64,000 bases of DNA, from positions 1 to 64,000 of the IMG/VR virus record IMGVR_UViG_2724679654_000001, one strand, 5' to 3'. The notes beneath the pieces are model-generated. The model was not told the DNA's origin and did not search any database. It worked only from the letters and a program-made list of their open reading frames with translations. The stretch is from a virus. Lineage: Duplodnaviria; Caudoviricetes. Numbering within the stretch: the first letter of the stretch is position 1; every line of letters starts with the position of its first letter. Shown here piece by piece: positions 10,197 to 18,384 of the stretch. The translations under genes and the position numbers were made by a program.

Positions 10197-10391
10197 TCAT
10201 TTATGAAGAAATGCTACCTTCTGATTTACGTTTTCCACATGACCAGATTCGTCTTGAATTTTTTTCTTCTTTGGAGGAGTTTCAGGAATGATCTTATTCG
10301 GAGGTATATCTTCCGGGTTAATTTCTCTAGGAGGTGTTTGATCTACACAAGGTGAATGATCATGTGGTCCAATATCCGTTTTTGTTGCCAT
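10197..10391 (-). CDS. Small proline-rich hypothetical protein
   Basis: AAGGAG RBS upstream; 64 aa. Confidence 0.4.
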   Translation of the reverse strand: MATKTDIGPHDHSPCVDQTPPREINPEDIPPNKIIPETPPKKKKIQDESGHVENVNQKVAFLHK

Positions 10392-10539
10392 GATTGTCGA
10401 TCTCCTTATATAAAAGATTAATTATTAATACCCAGCTTTAGAAGAGAGGGCGTTAGGGTTGATAAATACTTCAGAAAGATTAATCATGATTCCCTGCAAA
10501 CAAAACTTAGTCAGTTCGTTATCACACATTGATAATAAA

Positions 10540-10566
10540 TAAAAAACCCGCTCGGGGCGGGTCTTT
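10540..10566. terminator. Rho-independent terminator
   Basis: A-tract + ACCCGC-TCGGG-GCGGGT hairpin. Confidence 0.7.
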
Positions 10567-10653
10567 GAATGGTTAATTAGACGGGGTCGTTATAAATTAC
10601 AGTAAAGGTGAGATGCAGGAATGGTTGTCTGGAATTGAATGGTGTGGATAGGC

Positions 10654-10923
10654 TTAGTGCTGGGGTTCATTTTCATCATCTAACTGAACTTGTTCCCGGC
10701 GTACGGCTTCAACAGCAGCGAGTGCAGAAGTGGCTAAACGGATTGCCAGTGGTGTTGCCAGCTTCCCGGACTCTGCAATGGTTATCTGCTTCTGCAAAGC
10801 ATGCTGGAATTTCTCGGCATCGCCTGATCTGGCCACGGCTCCGGCTAGTATTTCGAGCGATCCTTCAAAGGAGTGAATTAATTCGGCGATAATTTGCTTG
10901 GTTGTCGGTTCTTCCTTGTTCAT
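10654..10923 (-). CDS. Hypothetical protein (MNKEEPTT...)
   Basis: AGGAG RBS, 89 aa. Confidence 0.55.
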   Translation of the reverse strand: MNKEEPTTKQIIAELIHSFEGSLEILAGAVARSGDAEKFQHALQKQITIAESGKLATPLAIRLATSALAAVEAVRREQVQLDDENEPQH

Positions 10924-10987
10924 GGTGAGGCTCCTGTGGTAAGTGTTGATTCCTAAATTGATTTTATCAGTTTTAATTGGAGGCAAT

Positions 10988-11155
10988 ATGTTTTGGAATA
11001 GGAAAAGAGATGTGATTGATGGGGTGAATGACAGGATGGGGCGGGGAACTATCAGATTAGCATCGGAAGGATTCAAGAAAACCTTGTCAATGCGTCGTGA
11101 AAATAAGAGTCATAATTACACTACTGATTGGGATAAGTTGATTTGTGTGGAATAA
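10988..11155 (+). CDS. Stand-alone DUF4113 (UmuC C-terminal-like) protein
   Basis: GGAGG RBS; D.VN.RMGRGTIRLASEG...MRRE..S..YTT.W motif. Confidence 0.8.
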   Translation: MFWNRKRDVIDGVNDRMGRGTIRLASEGFKKTLSMRRENKSHNYTTDWDKLICVE

Positions 11156-11174
11156 AAAACCCGCCGGGGCGGGT
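11154..11174. terminator. Terminator between convergent genes
   Basis: AAAAAACCCGCCGGGGCGGGTT hairpin. Confidence 0.7.
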
Positions 11175-11194
11175 TGTACAGTTTCTCAAAGAAA

Positions 11195-11683
11195 TTATTT
11201 TATGCCATCTATTCTTCGTCGCTTTATAATTTCTTCTTCGATTCTTTCTTGATGCATCCTAATAACTGACGATGGAATATTGAATGAAAGAATAAAAGCT
11301 AAAACCGAAAAAAATACATAGCAATATTCGATAATACTTACCAATCCAGGGTAGTTTGTCCCCAAAAGAAATGATAAAAATACTAAAAGTAGAATAGTTA
11401 AATATAAATAAAACAGCCACTTGTATCTTATCATTATATTTACTATTCTTTCCTGATGAAAAAAAGCAATTCTCCAGCTTCCTTTTGGAGCATAACTTGG
11501 ATCACCCACCAGTGTGATAAATGCTATTAAAAATGCAGCAAAAATTGAAAACACAGTAACAATTACATTAACTGCATTTGAATTATCTGCAATTAATGGT
11601 TTAATAAAAATCGTTAATATAAACGATAATATGCTAATTAATAAAGCATATTTAATTTTATTAAAATCGATGTCTGAGTTCAT
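11195..11683 (-). CDS. Four-TM membrane protein (RexB-like candidate)
   Basis: Four hydrophobic helices; ATGA-coupled to 330-aa gene; AT-rich. Confidence 0.7.
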   Translation of the reverse strand: MNSDIDFNKIKYALLISILSFILTIFIKPLIADNSNAVNVIVTVFSIFAAFLIAFITLVGDPSYAPKGSWRIAFFHQERIVNIMIRYKWLFYLYLTILLLVFLSFLLGTNYPGLVSIIEYCYVFFSVLAFILSFNIPSSVIRMHQERIEEEIIKRRRIDGIK

Positions 11684-12672
11684 TGTTCAAGGATACCATT
11701 CCCCTTTAATTTATCATAATACGTTTTTAGCGCACCCCAAGCCCCGTCTTTTGTTATTGAAGTGCCCAATATTTCAATATTGAATTCCTCTGATACCTGC
11801 AATTCATTTGGAGAAATCCTTTTGTCATTCTTGGTTACGATCTCAAAGTCATCGTCTCTAAACTCATCAGACTCATTAAGAATCATTTCTGATGCGGATT
11901 GCAATCTTCTTAATCCAACTGTTCCAAAATCAGCATTTTTCTTTTTCTGGCTACGCGCCTCTTTTCCATCAAATTTTATTGATATAGAAACATTCAGATT
12001 CTCTTGTTCTTGAATATCTTTTAGACTTTTATCTTTTGCAAAGATTCTTTCAAGATTGTGAATAAAATTAGGAATTAATCCTGATAGTTTATTATTATTT
12101 TGTTCAATAAATTGTTTGCTTGCATCATAAATTGATGCATTTAAGATAAGTTCTTTTACACCTTCGTTTTGTATTAATTTTAACTTATCAATATTTGCTA
12201 CTATCTGCAGATCAAGTGTGTGAGCGCTCCATTTTCTGTCTTGTTTTTCTAGAATAAATGAGAAAAACTTTTTAGCGATATTTTCTCTTGCTCCAGACGG
12301 ACAAAGAAGAACATGATTATCTTTAACTAAAACAAAGATATCTCCTTCCATATAATCTTTGCCTTCGGGAGCGGGTTCAACAAATATCTGTCTTCTTGCT
12401 TGCAAAAGATCCTTATCGATAGTGCATGTATTGCCACCAGGGGAATACCTGGCTATTTGCAAATAAATTCCATCATTATCTGATTTTGAATCTGCGCAAG
12501 TTATATTGATTGAGCCCCATGGAAAAGTTAAGTCTCCGGCGTTTGATGACTTAGCGAGGGTATCTTTTAGATACGTTTCTAAACTATTTGTATTTTCTTG
12601 CTTGTCACCATCAGAATTCCAAACAGCCCTCCTGTACTGCAGCTTTTTCGGTTTCTTTTTTGGGGTCGTCAT
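11680..12672 (-). CDS. Soluble 330-aa protein (RexA-like candidate)
   Basis: Long AT-rich ORF paired with a 4-TM gene in the immunity region. Confidence 0.7.
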   Translation of the reverse strand: MTTPKKKPKKLQYRRAVWNSDGDKQENTNSLETYLKDTLAKSSNAGDLTFPWGSINITCADSKSDNDGIYLQIARYSPGGNTCTIDKDLLQARRQIFVEPAPEGKDYMEGDIFVLVKDNHVLLCPSGARENIAKKFFSFILEKQDRKWSAHTLDLQIVANIDKLKLIQNEGVKELILNASIYDASKQFIEQNNNKLSGLIPNFIHNLERIFAKDKSLKDIQEQENLNVSISIKFDGKEARSQKKKNADFGTVGLRRLQSASEMILNESDEFRDDDFEIVTKNDKRISPNELQVSEEFNIEILGTSITKDGAWGALKTYYDKLKGNGILEQ

Positions 12673-12776
12673 TTTATTTATATGAAAGTATTAATATTTT
12701 TGTTTATTGTTTTTTTTCCATAAACCCCACCAACCCCAGCCCGGTCAGCAGCATCGCGTAGGTGGTTGGCTCGGGC

Positions 12777-13850
12777 TCAGCATGCCGGTTTTATTTCATC
12801 TGATCCAATATAGGCAAGTGTTGTTTTCTTCAACTTATCAGCATGCTTATAGATTCCAGACATGTCATCAATAGAGATTATGTTTTCTTCTTTTTCGTCA
12901 AAGAATCCTATTGATAGCTTAGATGTATTGTTGAATCTCAGGCGACAAATAGGCTTGCGGTTATTGTCATCAAAAAGAATAGCACAGTAGCTTTTTGCAT
13001 CTCTCATAACAACTCTTTTGGGTTCAATTATTTCGCATAAAATCGCTCGAACTATTCGAAAGCATTCCATTTCTTCTGCGGTCGTTGTGATGTCACTTGA
13101 TTCCTGACCTACCGGCAATGTTCTCGCACCGGATGATTGATCCATAGCCATCTTTAATCGCTCAGTTATCTTTTCACTGATAAGCTGGCTAAATGCATCC
13201 TTCGTGATCTGGGTGAACTGCTCTTTAATTGCCGGGGTGAAGCGTTTTCCGTTTAAAACTTCTCCGCACACCAGCTTGACAAAATCTTCTGATGGATTGT
13301 CTATCCAATCGTTTAAAACATTCCCGACCGCCCGAGTGTATTTCAGGTCACTGGCAGTATTAAGTATGTTTTCTAAGTCAAATGCAGTTTTTGTAAACTT
13401 TTTAAGTTCTTCAACGTGCTGTTCTTTAAAATCAAGAATGTTAAATTCAAAGAAAGGCCTTTCATCCATTTTGTTCGGCTGCTCAAGATCCGTGAAAAAC
13501 CGATACGAGATGCCATTTGTTAACACACCGAAACGCGCCTCAGTAACATGGAAATACCGGAATAACTGAGAAGCATGATTGATACTCAAATCACCGCCGC
13601 TTTTCTTGCACTCGAATAACATTATCGGCTTACCATCCATTAAGATCGCATAATCAACTTTCTCGCCCTTTTTTAACCCTATATCTGCAATCAATTCAGG
13701 CGTAACTTCTGTTGGATCAAATACGTTATATCCAAGCAACTGTATAAAAGGCATTATCAGTGCGTTCTTGGTAGCTTCTTCCGTCTGTATGGTGTCTTTT
13801 ACCTTACTGATTCGTAATGCCAGTTCTTTAAGTTGATCTATTAAGTCCAT
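12777..13850 (-). CDS. Type I restriction enzyme R N-terminal (HSDR_N)-like PD-(D/E)xK nuclease protein
   Basis: TEEATKNALIMPF..LGY, KVDYAI, FECK, QLFRYF, LTNG. Confidence 0.85.
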   Translation of the reverse strand: MDLIDQLKELALRISKVKDTIQTEEATKNALIMPFIQLLGYNVFDPTEVTPELIADIGLKKGEKVDYAILMDGKPIMLFECKKSGGDLSINHASQLFRYFHVTEARFGVLTNGISYRFFTDLEQPNKMDERPFFEFNILDFKEQHVEELKKFTKTAFDLENILNTASDLKYTRAVGNVLNDWIDNPSEDFVKLVCGEVLNGKRFTPAIKEQFTQITKDAFSQLISEKITERLKMAMDQSSGARTLPVGQESSDITTTAEEMECFRIVRAILCEIIEPKRVVMRDAKSYCAILFDDNNRKPICRLRFNNTSKLSIGFFDEKEENIISIDDMSGIYKHADKLKKTTLAYIGSDEIKPAC

Positions 13851-13973
13851 GTTTCCGCCTAAATTTATTTGTTATTGTTGCATTTACACTGCTCTTGGTT
13901 CGACCAGTTTAGGAAAATTCAAACTATCCTTTTGTATTCGCCATATAGAATGAGTCTTAATAATTCTCAATTT

Positions 13974-14372
13974 CTACATTTCTATGGATTCATTATTATG
14001 CTCAGAGAATTCCTTATGTGGTTCAGTGCTTGGTGGTGGGGTTTTCTGACCTGCGTAATCTTGGTTCAACAAAACTGGAGGAATAGGTTCTGGATGATCT
14101 TGCTTTACGGGAAAAAGCCAGATCCCGATAGTTGCGATAGCAATCATCGCAGTAAAGAATAGTGTAAGCCTATTTATCCAATTTCCAGAAGAGAACTCCC
14201 AAACAGATCGTGCTAATTTAGCTGTCCAATGGAATTCTTTTTTAGTTTCATGTAGGACTCCAAGACCACCGGCACCAGTATCAGGTTTGTCAGGGTCAAC
14301 CCTAACGTCATAACCTGAGTACCACCTGTTTAAAGTGTGATAAATGTTACGGACAAGCCATACTTTTTTCAT
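13974..14372 (-). CDS. Single-TM hypothetical protein
   Basis: 132-aa ORF with one hydrophobic helix. Confidence 0.55.
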   Translation of the reverse strand: MKKVWLVRNIYHTLNRWYSGYDVRVDPDKPDTGAGGLGVLHETKKEFHWTAKLARSVWEFSSGNWINRLTLFFTAMIAIATIGIWLFPVKQDHPEPIPPVLLNQDYAGQKTPPPSTEPHKEFSEHNNESIEM

Positions 14373-14435
14373 TTATATCATCATAATATTTAGTATCTCC
14401 TGCCTTGAACCCCACAAACAGTGGCGCAAGATTCA

Positions 14436-14537
14436 TTATTTGCATTTGCACAGATCTTGTTCGCACCATTCGCTTAGATAAACAATGTTATCAATCTTCT
14501 TTGTCTTGTGCTTTTGCTGAACTGTTTTCAATTTCAT
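14436..14537 (-). CDS. Candidate 33-aa Cys-rich peptide MKLKTVQQKHKTKKIDNIVYLSEWCEQDLCKCK
   Basis: Overlaps the 3' end of the repressor in the +1 frame; paralogous frame after the second repressor. Confidence 0.45.
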   Translation of the reverse strand: MKLKTVQQKHKTKKIDNIVYLSEWCEQDLCKCK

Positions 14538-14871
14538 AATTTTTAATAGAGCTTTTAAACTTTATCTTGTCTTCAGGTGATAGATTTTTATAGGCGTTTA
14601 TTACTTCTTGGATATCTGAATCAACATTATCCTCAAGGCTATCCAATGTAATCTGCCGCATATCGCCCCTTCCTGTAGCGAGCCATTCCGGCCTAACATT
14701 CAGAAACTTTGAGGCAGCCAATAGATTAGCTCCTTCAATATGCTTCGTCCTACCTGACAGCCAATCGCTTACAGAAGGCGGTTTTATTCCGCAAGCATCA
14801 GCCAACGCCTTTTGAGTGATCCATGGCGGTCCTTCCATGGCAAGTTTTAATCTATTAGATAAGGTTGGCAT
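14491..14871 (-). CDS. XRE/CI-like repressor (module A)
   Basis: TQKALADACGIKPPSVSDWLSG HTH; WLATGRG; no S24 peptidase domain. Confidence 0.85.
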   Translation of the reverse strand: MPTLSNRLKLAMEGPPWITQKALADACGIKPPSVSDWLSGRTKHIEGANLLAASKFLNVRPEWLATGRGDMRQITLDSLEDNVDSDIQEVINAYKNLSPEDKIKFKSSIKNYEIENSSAKAQDKED

Positions 14872-14872
14872 G

Positions 14873-14938
14873 ATTAGGCAATCCTAATATTTATTAAATA
14901 AGGAGTGTCTATTGGCAAATAAGTAAGGAATACCTAAT
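14873..14938. promoter_or_regulatory. Three operator-like 16-bp imperfect palindromes of module A
   Basis: ATTAGGCAATCCTAAT (14873), ATAAGGAGTGTCTATT (14898), GTAAGGAATACCTAAT (14923); 25-bp period. Confidence 0.7.
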
Positions 14939-15057
14939 ATTAATGTTAACATTTCAAAAATATAAATATGAAAACAGCAATAGAACTCGGGCTTATTTAT
15001 TTGCATTTGCACTGCTTTTGAACGCACCAGCTGCTCAAATAAATCACATTATCAATC

Positions 15058-15447
15058 TTATTTGTTATTTGCTTTTTTTGAGGTTTTCTTATTTTTAAAA
15101 GTACTAGTAACAGTTTTCGTTGCGTCTAATTCTTCTTCGTCTAAATAAGGAAGGCTGTCAACAATCGTTTTGATTTTTTTATCTTTCTTTGTAATTAACT
15201 TCCCGGCATTGCTTTCTGTGTTTTTTGTTTTCTCGGTTCCTGGTACTTCGCCATAAATTAAATATTCAACCGACACATTTAATAACTTACATAAATTCAT
15301 TAAGTTACTAAGTTTTAAATTGGCAGTTTGCCCACTTTCCCATTTTGTTACAGCTACCCTGCTTACTCCTACTTTTTTTGCGACAAAATCTTGAGAGTAT
15401 TCATATCCCTCTCTTAGTCTTTTAATTCTTTGTCCTATTGTCTCCAT
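15058..15447 (-). CDS. cI: XRE/CI-like repressor (module B, probably the active one)
   Basis: SQDFVAKKVGVSRVAVTKWESG HTH; divergent from cro; ATG 15447. Confidence 0.85.
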   Translation of the reverse strand: METIGQRIKRLREGYEYSQDFVAKKVGVSRVAVTKWESGQTANLKLSNLMNLCKLLNVSVEYLIYGEVPGTEKTKNTESNAGKLITKKDKKIKTIVDSLPYLDEEELDATKTVTSTFKNKKTSKKANNK

Positions 15448-15512
15448 GTGAGCATGGTTACATAAATTATCGAAACTATAATTTGCATTTATTAGGTAAC
15501 TATGGTTACAAT
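15448..15512. promoter_or_regulatory. OR region: three 14-bp operators and PR
   Basis: GTGAGCATGGTTAC (15448), GAAACTATAATTTG (15472), GTAACTATGGTTAC (15496); 24-bp period; TTGCAT..TACAAT promoter. Confidence 0.8.
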
Positions 15513-15519
15513 GATCAGT

Positions 15520-15723
15520 ATGGAACATAAAAATTATTCTAAGTTAATTGATGATATGGGCGGAACAGTAGCTGTTGCGAGGTTATGTAATGTGTCGTCG
15601 CAAGCTGTTTCAAAATGGAGAAATGAAGGTATTCCTGAGGCAAGAGCTATGTATCTGGAGCTTTTGTTCCCGGATTTATTTGCTTCATTCAAACTGAAAA
15701 CAAACTCTGAAGAAGCGGCATAG
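15520..15723 (+). CDS. cro: Cro-like protein
   Basis: GGTVAVARLCNVSSQAVSKW..GIP motif, divergent from repressor. Confidence 0.85.
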   Translation: MEHKNYSKLIDDMGGTVAVARLCNVSSQAVSKWRNEGIPEARAMYLELLFPDLFASFKLKTNSEEAA

Positions 15724-15791
15724 TTTTCCATGATCAGCATGATCAATGATTATGCGCAGCACTTAAAGGCGAACAAAATAAGAGGATCGCT

Positions 15792-16262
15792 GTGAGACAC
15801 ACATCAATAAACGCTAAACAATCATACCGGGCGCTATTTTTAGCGCTACAGGCTGATGCAAAGAAATATCCCGGTGGGATAAGGGCTCTGGCAGAAATCA
15901 TTGGTGTTAACGGAAGCACGTTAGCGAATAACCTTAATCCGGATCACGAATCACTCCCGCCATCATTCGCCACAATCATAGAAATAATCATCCAGACGCA
16001 GGGCAAATCATCGGTTTTTGCAATTTCTCAGTTTGTTGGTCAGGTGCCAATGGATTTGATGCTTGATGATAGTAGCTTGAATGACAGCAATCAGATTACG
16101 GTGTTTTTGAAGCTGGTTAAAAGAGCGTCGGATCTGCTTGGTAAGGGTTCAGAGGCTGCGAGCGATATGCGTTTCGATGCTGGTGAACGAAGAGAATTAC
16201 TTCCACTTTTGCTCGAACTGATGCAGGTTTCAGCGCTTTTGTACAAATCATTCAATGAATAA
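15792..16262 (+). CDS. Phage regulatory CII-family protein
   Basis: YPGGIRALA..IG....TL.N.LNP motif; follows cro. Confidence 0.75.
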   Translation: MRHTSINAKQSYRALFLALQADAKKYPGGIRALAEIIGVNGSTLANNLNPDHESLPPSFATIIEIIIQTQGKSSVFAISQFVGQVPMDLMLDDSSLNDSNQITVFLKLVKRASDLLGKGSEAASDMRFDAGERRELLPLLLELMQVSALLYKSFNE

Positions 16263-16374
16263 ACAGACTCATACCTTCCTTTATGAGATCTCACCGCAGA
16301 GGCCAGCGCACAACATATCGTGCGTAGTCGGATGGCACTCACTAATTCGCGTGTCTTTTGGGCACGCAATCAAA

Positions 16375-16450
16375 ACCCCTGTAGCTCAGTTGGTAGAGCG
16401 GTCATGATAATGCTGATAGGTCGCAGGTTCAAGTCCTGTCAGGGGCGCCC
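16375..16450 (+). tRNA. Degenerate tRNA-like element (pseudo-tRNA)
   Basis: CCCCTG/CAGGGG acceptor, TAGCTCAGTTGGTAGAGC D-arm, GCAGG-TTCAAGT-CCTGT T-arm; anticodon arm non-canonical. Confidence 0.65.
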
Positions 16451-16509
16451 AATTCCGAACTACCGAGGATTACTCGTGAGTTTATACGATGTTGTACTGC
16501 GAGGCTTTG

Positions 16510-16547
16510 CCGTGGCGTTAACTTCCCTTTTCGCTACGGCTTTTTTT
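16510..16547 (+). terminator. Rho-independent terminator
   Basis: GCCGTGGCG...CGCTACGGC stem followed by T7. Confidence 0.65.
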
Positions 16548-16584
16548 GTGATGTTATGCCACACAACCTCTCACGCTCACGCAT

Positions 16585-17517
16585 ATGACTGCCTACTACA
16601 ACGAATTTGATCCGAAAACCGCAGCTTGGCTGAGGGAATTGATAAAGGAAAGATTGATTGCAAATGGTGAAGTTGATGAAAGATCAATTCTCGATGTCTC
16701 AGCAAGCGATTTGCGAGGATACAGCCAGCACCACTTTTTTGCCGGTATCGGTGGATGGTCATGCGCTCTCAGGCTTGCGGGGTGGCCAGATGATGTTGGA
16801 GTTTGGACAGCCAGCCTCCCTTGCCAGCCCTTCTCTGCTGCCGGTAAAGGGCTTGGAAAATCGGACGAAAGACATTTTTTGCCGCACTTCCTTGAGTTGG
16901 TCAGACAGTGCAAGCCTACAACGTTGTTTGGAGAGCAGGTTCCAGGAGCTATTAAACACGGTTGGCTCGATGATATATACGCAGAAATGGAAGCGTTTGA
17001 TTACGCCGTCGGGTCGATCATATTGGGCGCACACAGCATCGGCGCGCCGCACATCAGGCAAAGATTGTACTGGGTGGCCGACAACATCAGCAACAGACCA
17101 CAAGGGCGGATACCATGGCGGCAGGATCAGGAATGGGAAGCTGTCGGTGGACAGATTAGATGTGGCGGCACAATTAGCCGGTTGGGCGACCCCGAGAGTT
17201 ACGACAAACGCCGGTTGCGGGAATCCGGAGCGATCGATGGACGGGAAGAGTCGCTTGGAGGATCAGGTGTATCTCGCAGAATCCAATGGATCGGATGCAG
17301 GGACGGAAAACAAAGGCCAATTGAACCCGGCATTCAGCCGCTGGTTGATGTCGTTCCCAAAGGAATGGTGCGAGGCAGCGATACGAGCGCACAGATCAAT
17401 GCCAACGCAACGGCGGAAGCGCGCGCTATGAGGTTAAAGGGATATGGCAATGCGATAGTGCCGCAATTGGCTGCTCAGTTTATTGGTGCATATATGGCCA
17501 TTATGGGTGATCGATAA
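16585..17517 (+). CDS. DNA cytosine-5 methyltransferase, alpha polypeptide
   Basis: FFAGIGGW (I), PCQPFS (IV), EQV (VI), RQRLYW (VIII), GNAIVP (X). Confidence 0.9.
   Translation: MTAYYNEFDPKTAAWLRELIKERLIANGEVDERSILDVSASDLRGYSQHHFFAGIGGWSCALRLAGWPDDVGVWTASLPCQPFSAAGKGLGKSDERHFLPHFLELVRQCKPTTLFGEQVPGAIKHGWLDDIYAEMEAFDYAVGSIILGAHSIGAPHIRQRLYWVADNISNRPQGRIPWRQDQEWEAVGGQIRCGGTISRLGDPESYDKRRLRESGAIDGREESLGGSGVSRRIQWIGCRDGKQRPIEPGIQPLVDVVPKGMVRGSDTSAQINANATAEARAMRLKGYGNAIVPQLAAQFIGAYMAIMGDR
16658..17431 (+). CDS. Nested +1-frame ORF, putative beta polypeptide of the C5-MTase (true start uncertain)
   Basis: 257-codon open frame within the MTase; WPT/WATP repeats and LNPAFSRWLMSFPKEW motif IX-like segment. 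Confidence 0.7.
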   Translation: MQMVKLMKDQFSMSQQAICEDTASTTFLPVSVDGHALSGLRGGQMMLEFGQPASLASPSLLPVKGLENRTKDIFCRTSLSWSDSASLQRCLESRFQELLNTVGSMIYTQKWKRLITPSGRSYWAHTASARRTSGKDCTGWPTTSATDHKGGYHGGRIRNGKLSVDRLDVAAQLAGWATPRVTTNAGCGNPERSMDGKSRLEDQVYLAESNGSDAGTENKGQLNPAFSRWLMSFPKEWCEAAIRAHRSMPTQRRKRAL

Positions 17518-18384
17518 ATGCATTACTACCAGCACAACATTGGGGACTACAGAAGGGACACGGTTCATTTGTCACTTCTTGAACATGGCGTTTATCGTCA
17601 GTTGTTGGATATGTATTACTTATCGGAATCACCAATACCCAAAGAAACCCAGCAGGTTATTCGTAGGTTATCAGCAAGAACCCAGGATGAAATAAGTGCA
17701 ATAGAAATCATCCTTGATGAGTTCTTTACTTTAACTGATGAGGGATGGATTCATAAAAGATGCGATATGGAAATCGCTGATTACAGACATAAAGCAGAGA
17801 ATTCAAGGAAAAACGGAAAGAAGGGCGGTAGGCCAATGTCAATACCAGAGCCTGACAAAACCCAGCAGGTTATTCTGGGTAACCCAGAACATAACCAAAA
17901 CAAACCTGAACGCATTAACGCATTAACCAAAGAACCAATAAACCAAGAACCAGAGGATATAACACACACTTATTATCCCTCCCAACAGTGTAGCGATGAA
18001 GTTGAGAATTATTCTCAAAAACCAGAACAGACCGCAACAGATCCACCGAAAGCACCCGGCAAGCAAACCCCAGCGGCAAGCGTGTGCCTTGCCATCAAAA
18101 AAATTGGGATCATCGATGTAAATTCATCGCATCCAGAGCTTTTGATGATGATCGAGGCTGGCGCAACAATCGATGAATTTGTCTACGCAGCACGAACCGC
18201 GAAGGATAAGGGAAAAGGATTTTCGTACATTTTGGGGATCGTTAGAGGACAGAGAACCGAGGCTTTGCAGGCTAAAGTAAAGGTTCTGCATGGCAAGATT
18301 CCGAACAAAGCAGATCGGATATTGCAAAGCAACATGGATGCTGTAAGTGATTGGGAACCTCCAGAAATGAGGGTAGAGAAATGA
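17518..18384 (+). CDS. Replication initiator, YdaU/DUF1376 family
   Basis: MHYYQHNIGDYRRDT.HLS.LEHG.YR.LLD.YY; NGKKGGRP. Confidence 0.9.
   Translation: MHYYQHNIGDYRRDTVHLSLLEHGVYRQLLDMYYLSESPIPKETQQVIRRLSARTQDEISAIEIILDEFFTLTDEGWIHKRCDMEIADYRHKAENSRKNGKKGGRPMSIPEPDKTQQVILGNPEHNQNKPERINALTKEPINQEPEDITHTYYPSQQCSDEVENYSQKPEQTATDPPKAPGKQTPAASVCLAIKKIGIIDVNSSHPELLMMIEAGATIDEFVYAARTAKDKGKGFSYILGIVRGQRTEALQAKVKVLHGKIPNKADRILQSNMDAVSDWEPPEMRVEK

Noticed and set aside
11195-12672. Kiwa (KwaA/KwaB) assignment
   Set aside because: Gene order is soluble then TM and no KwaB features were recognised; RexAB-like fits better but is unproven
16320-16610. 96-aa ORF on + strand
   Set aside because: Overlaps the tRNA-like element and terminator; likely spurious
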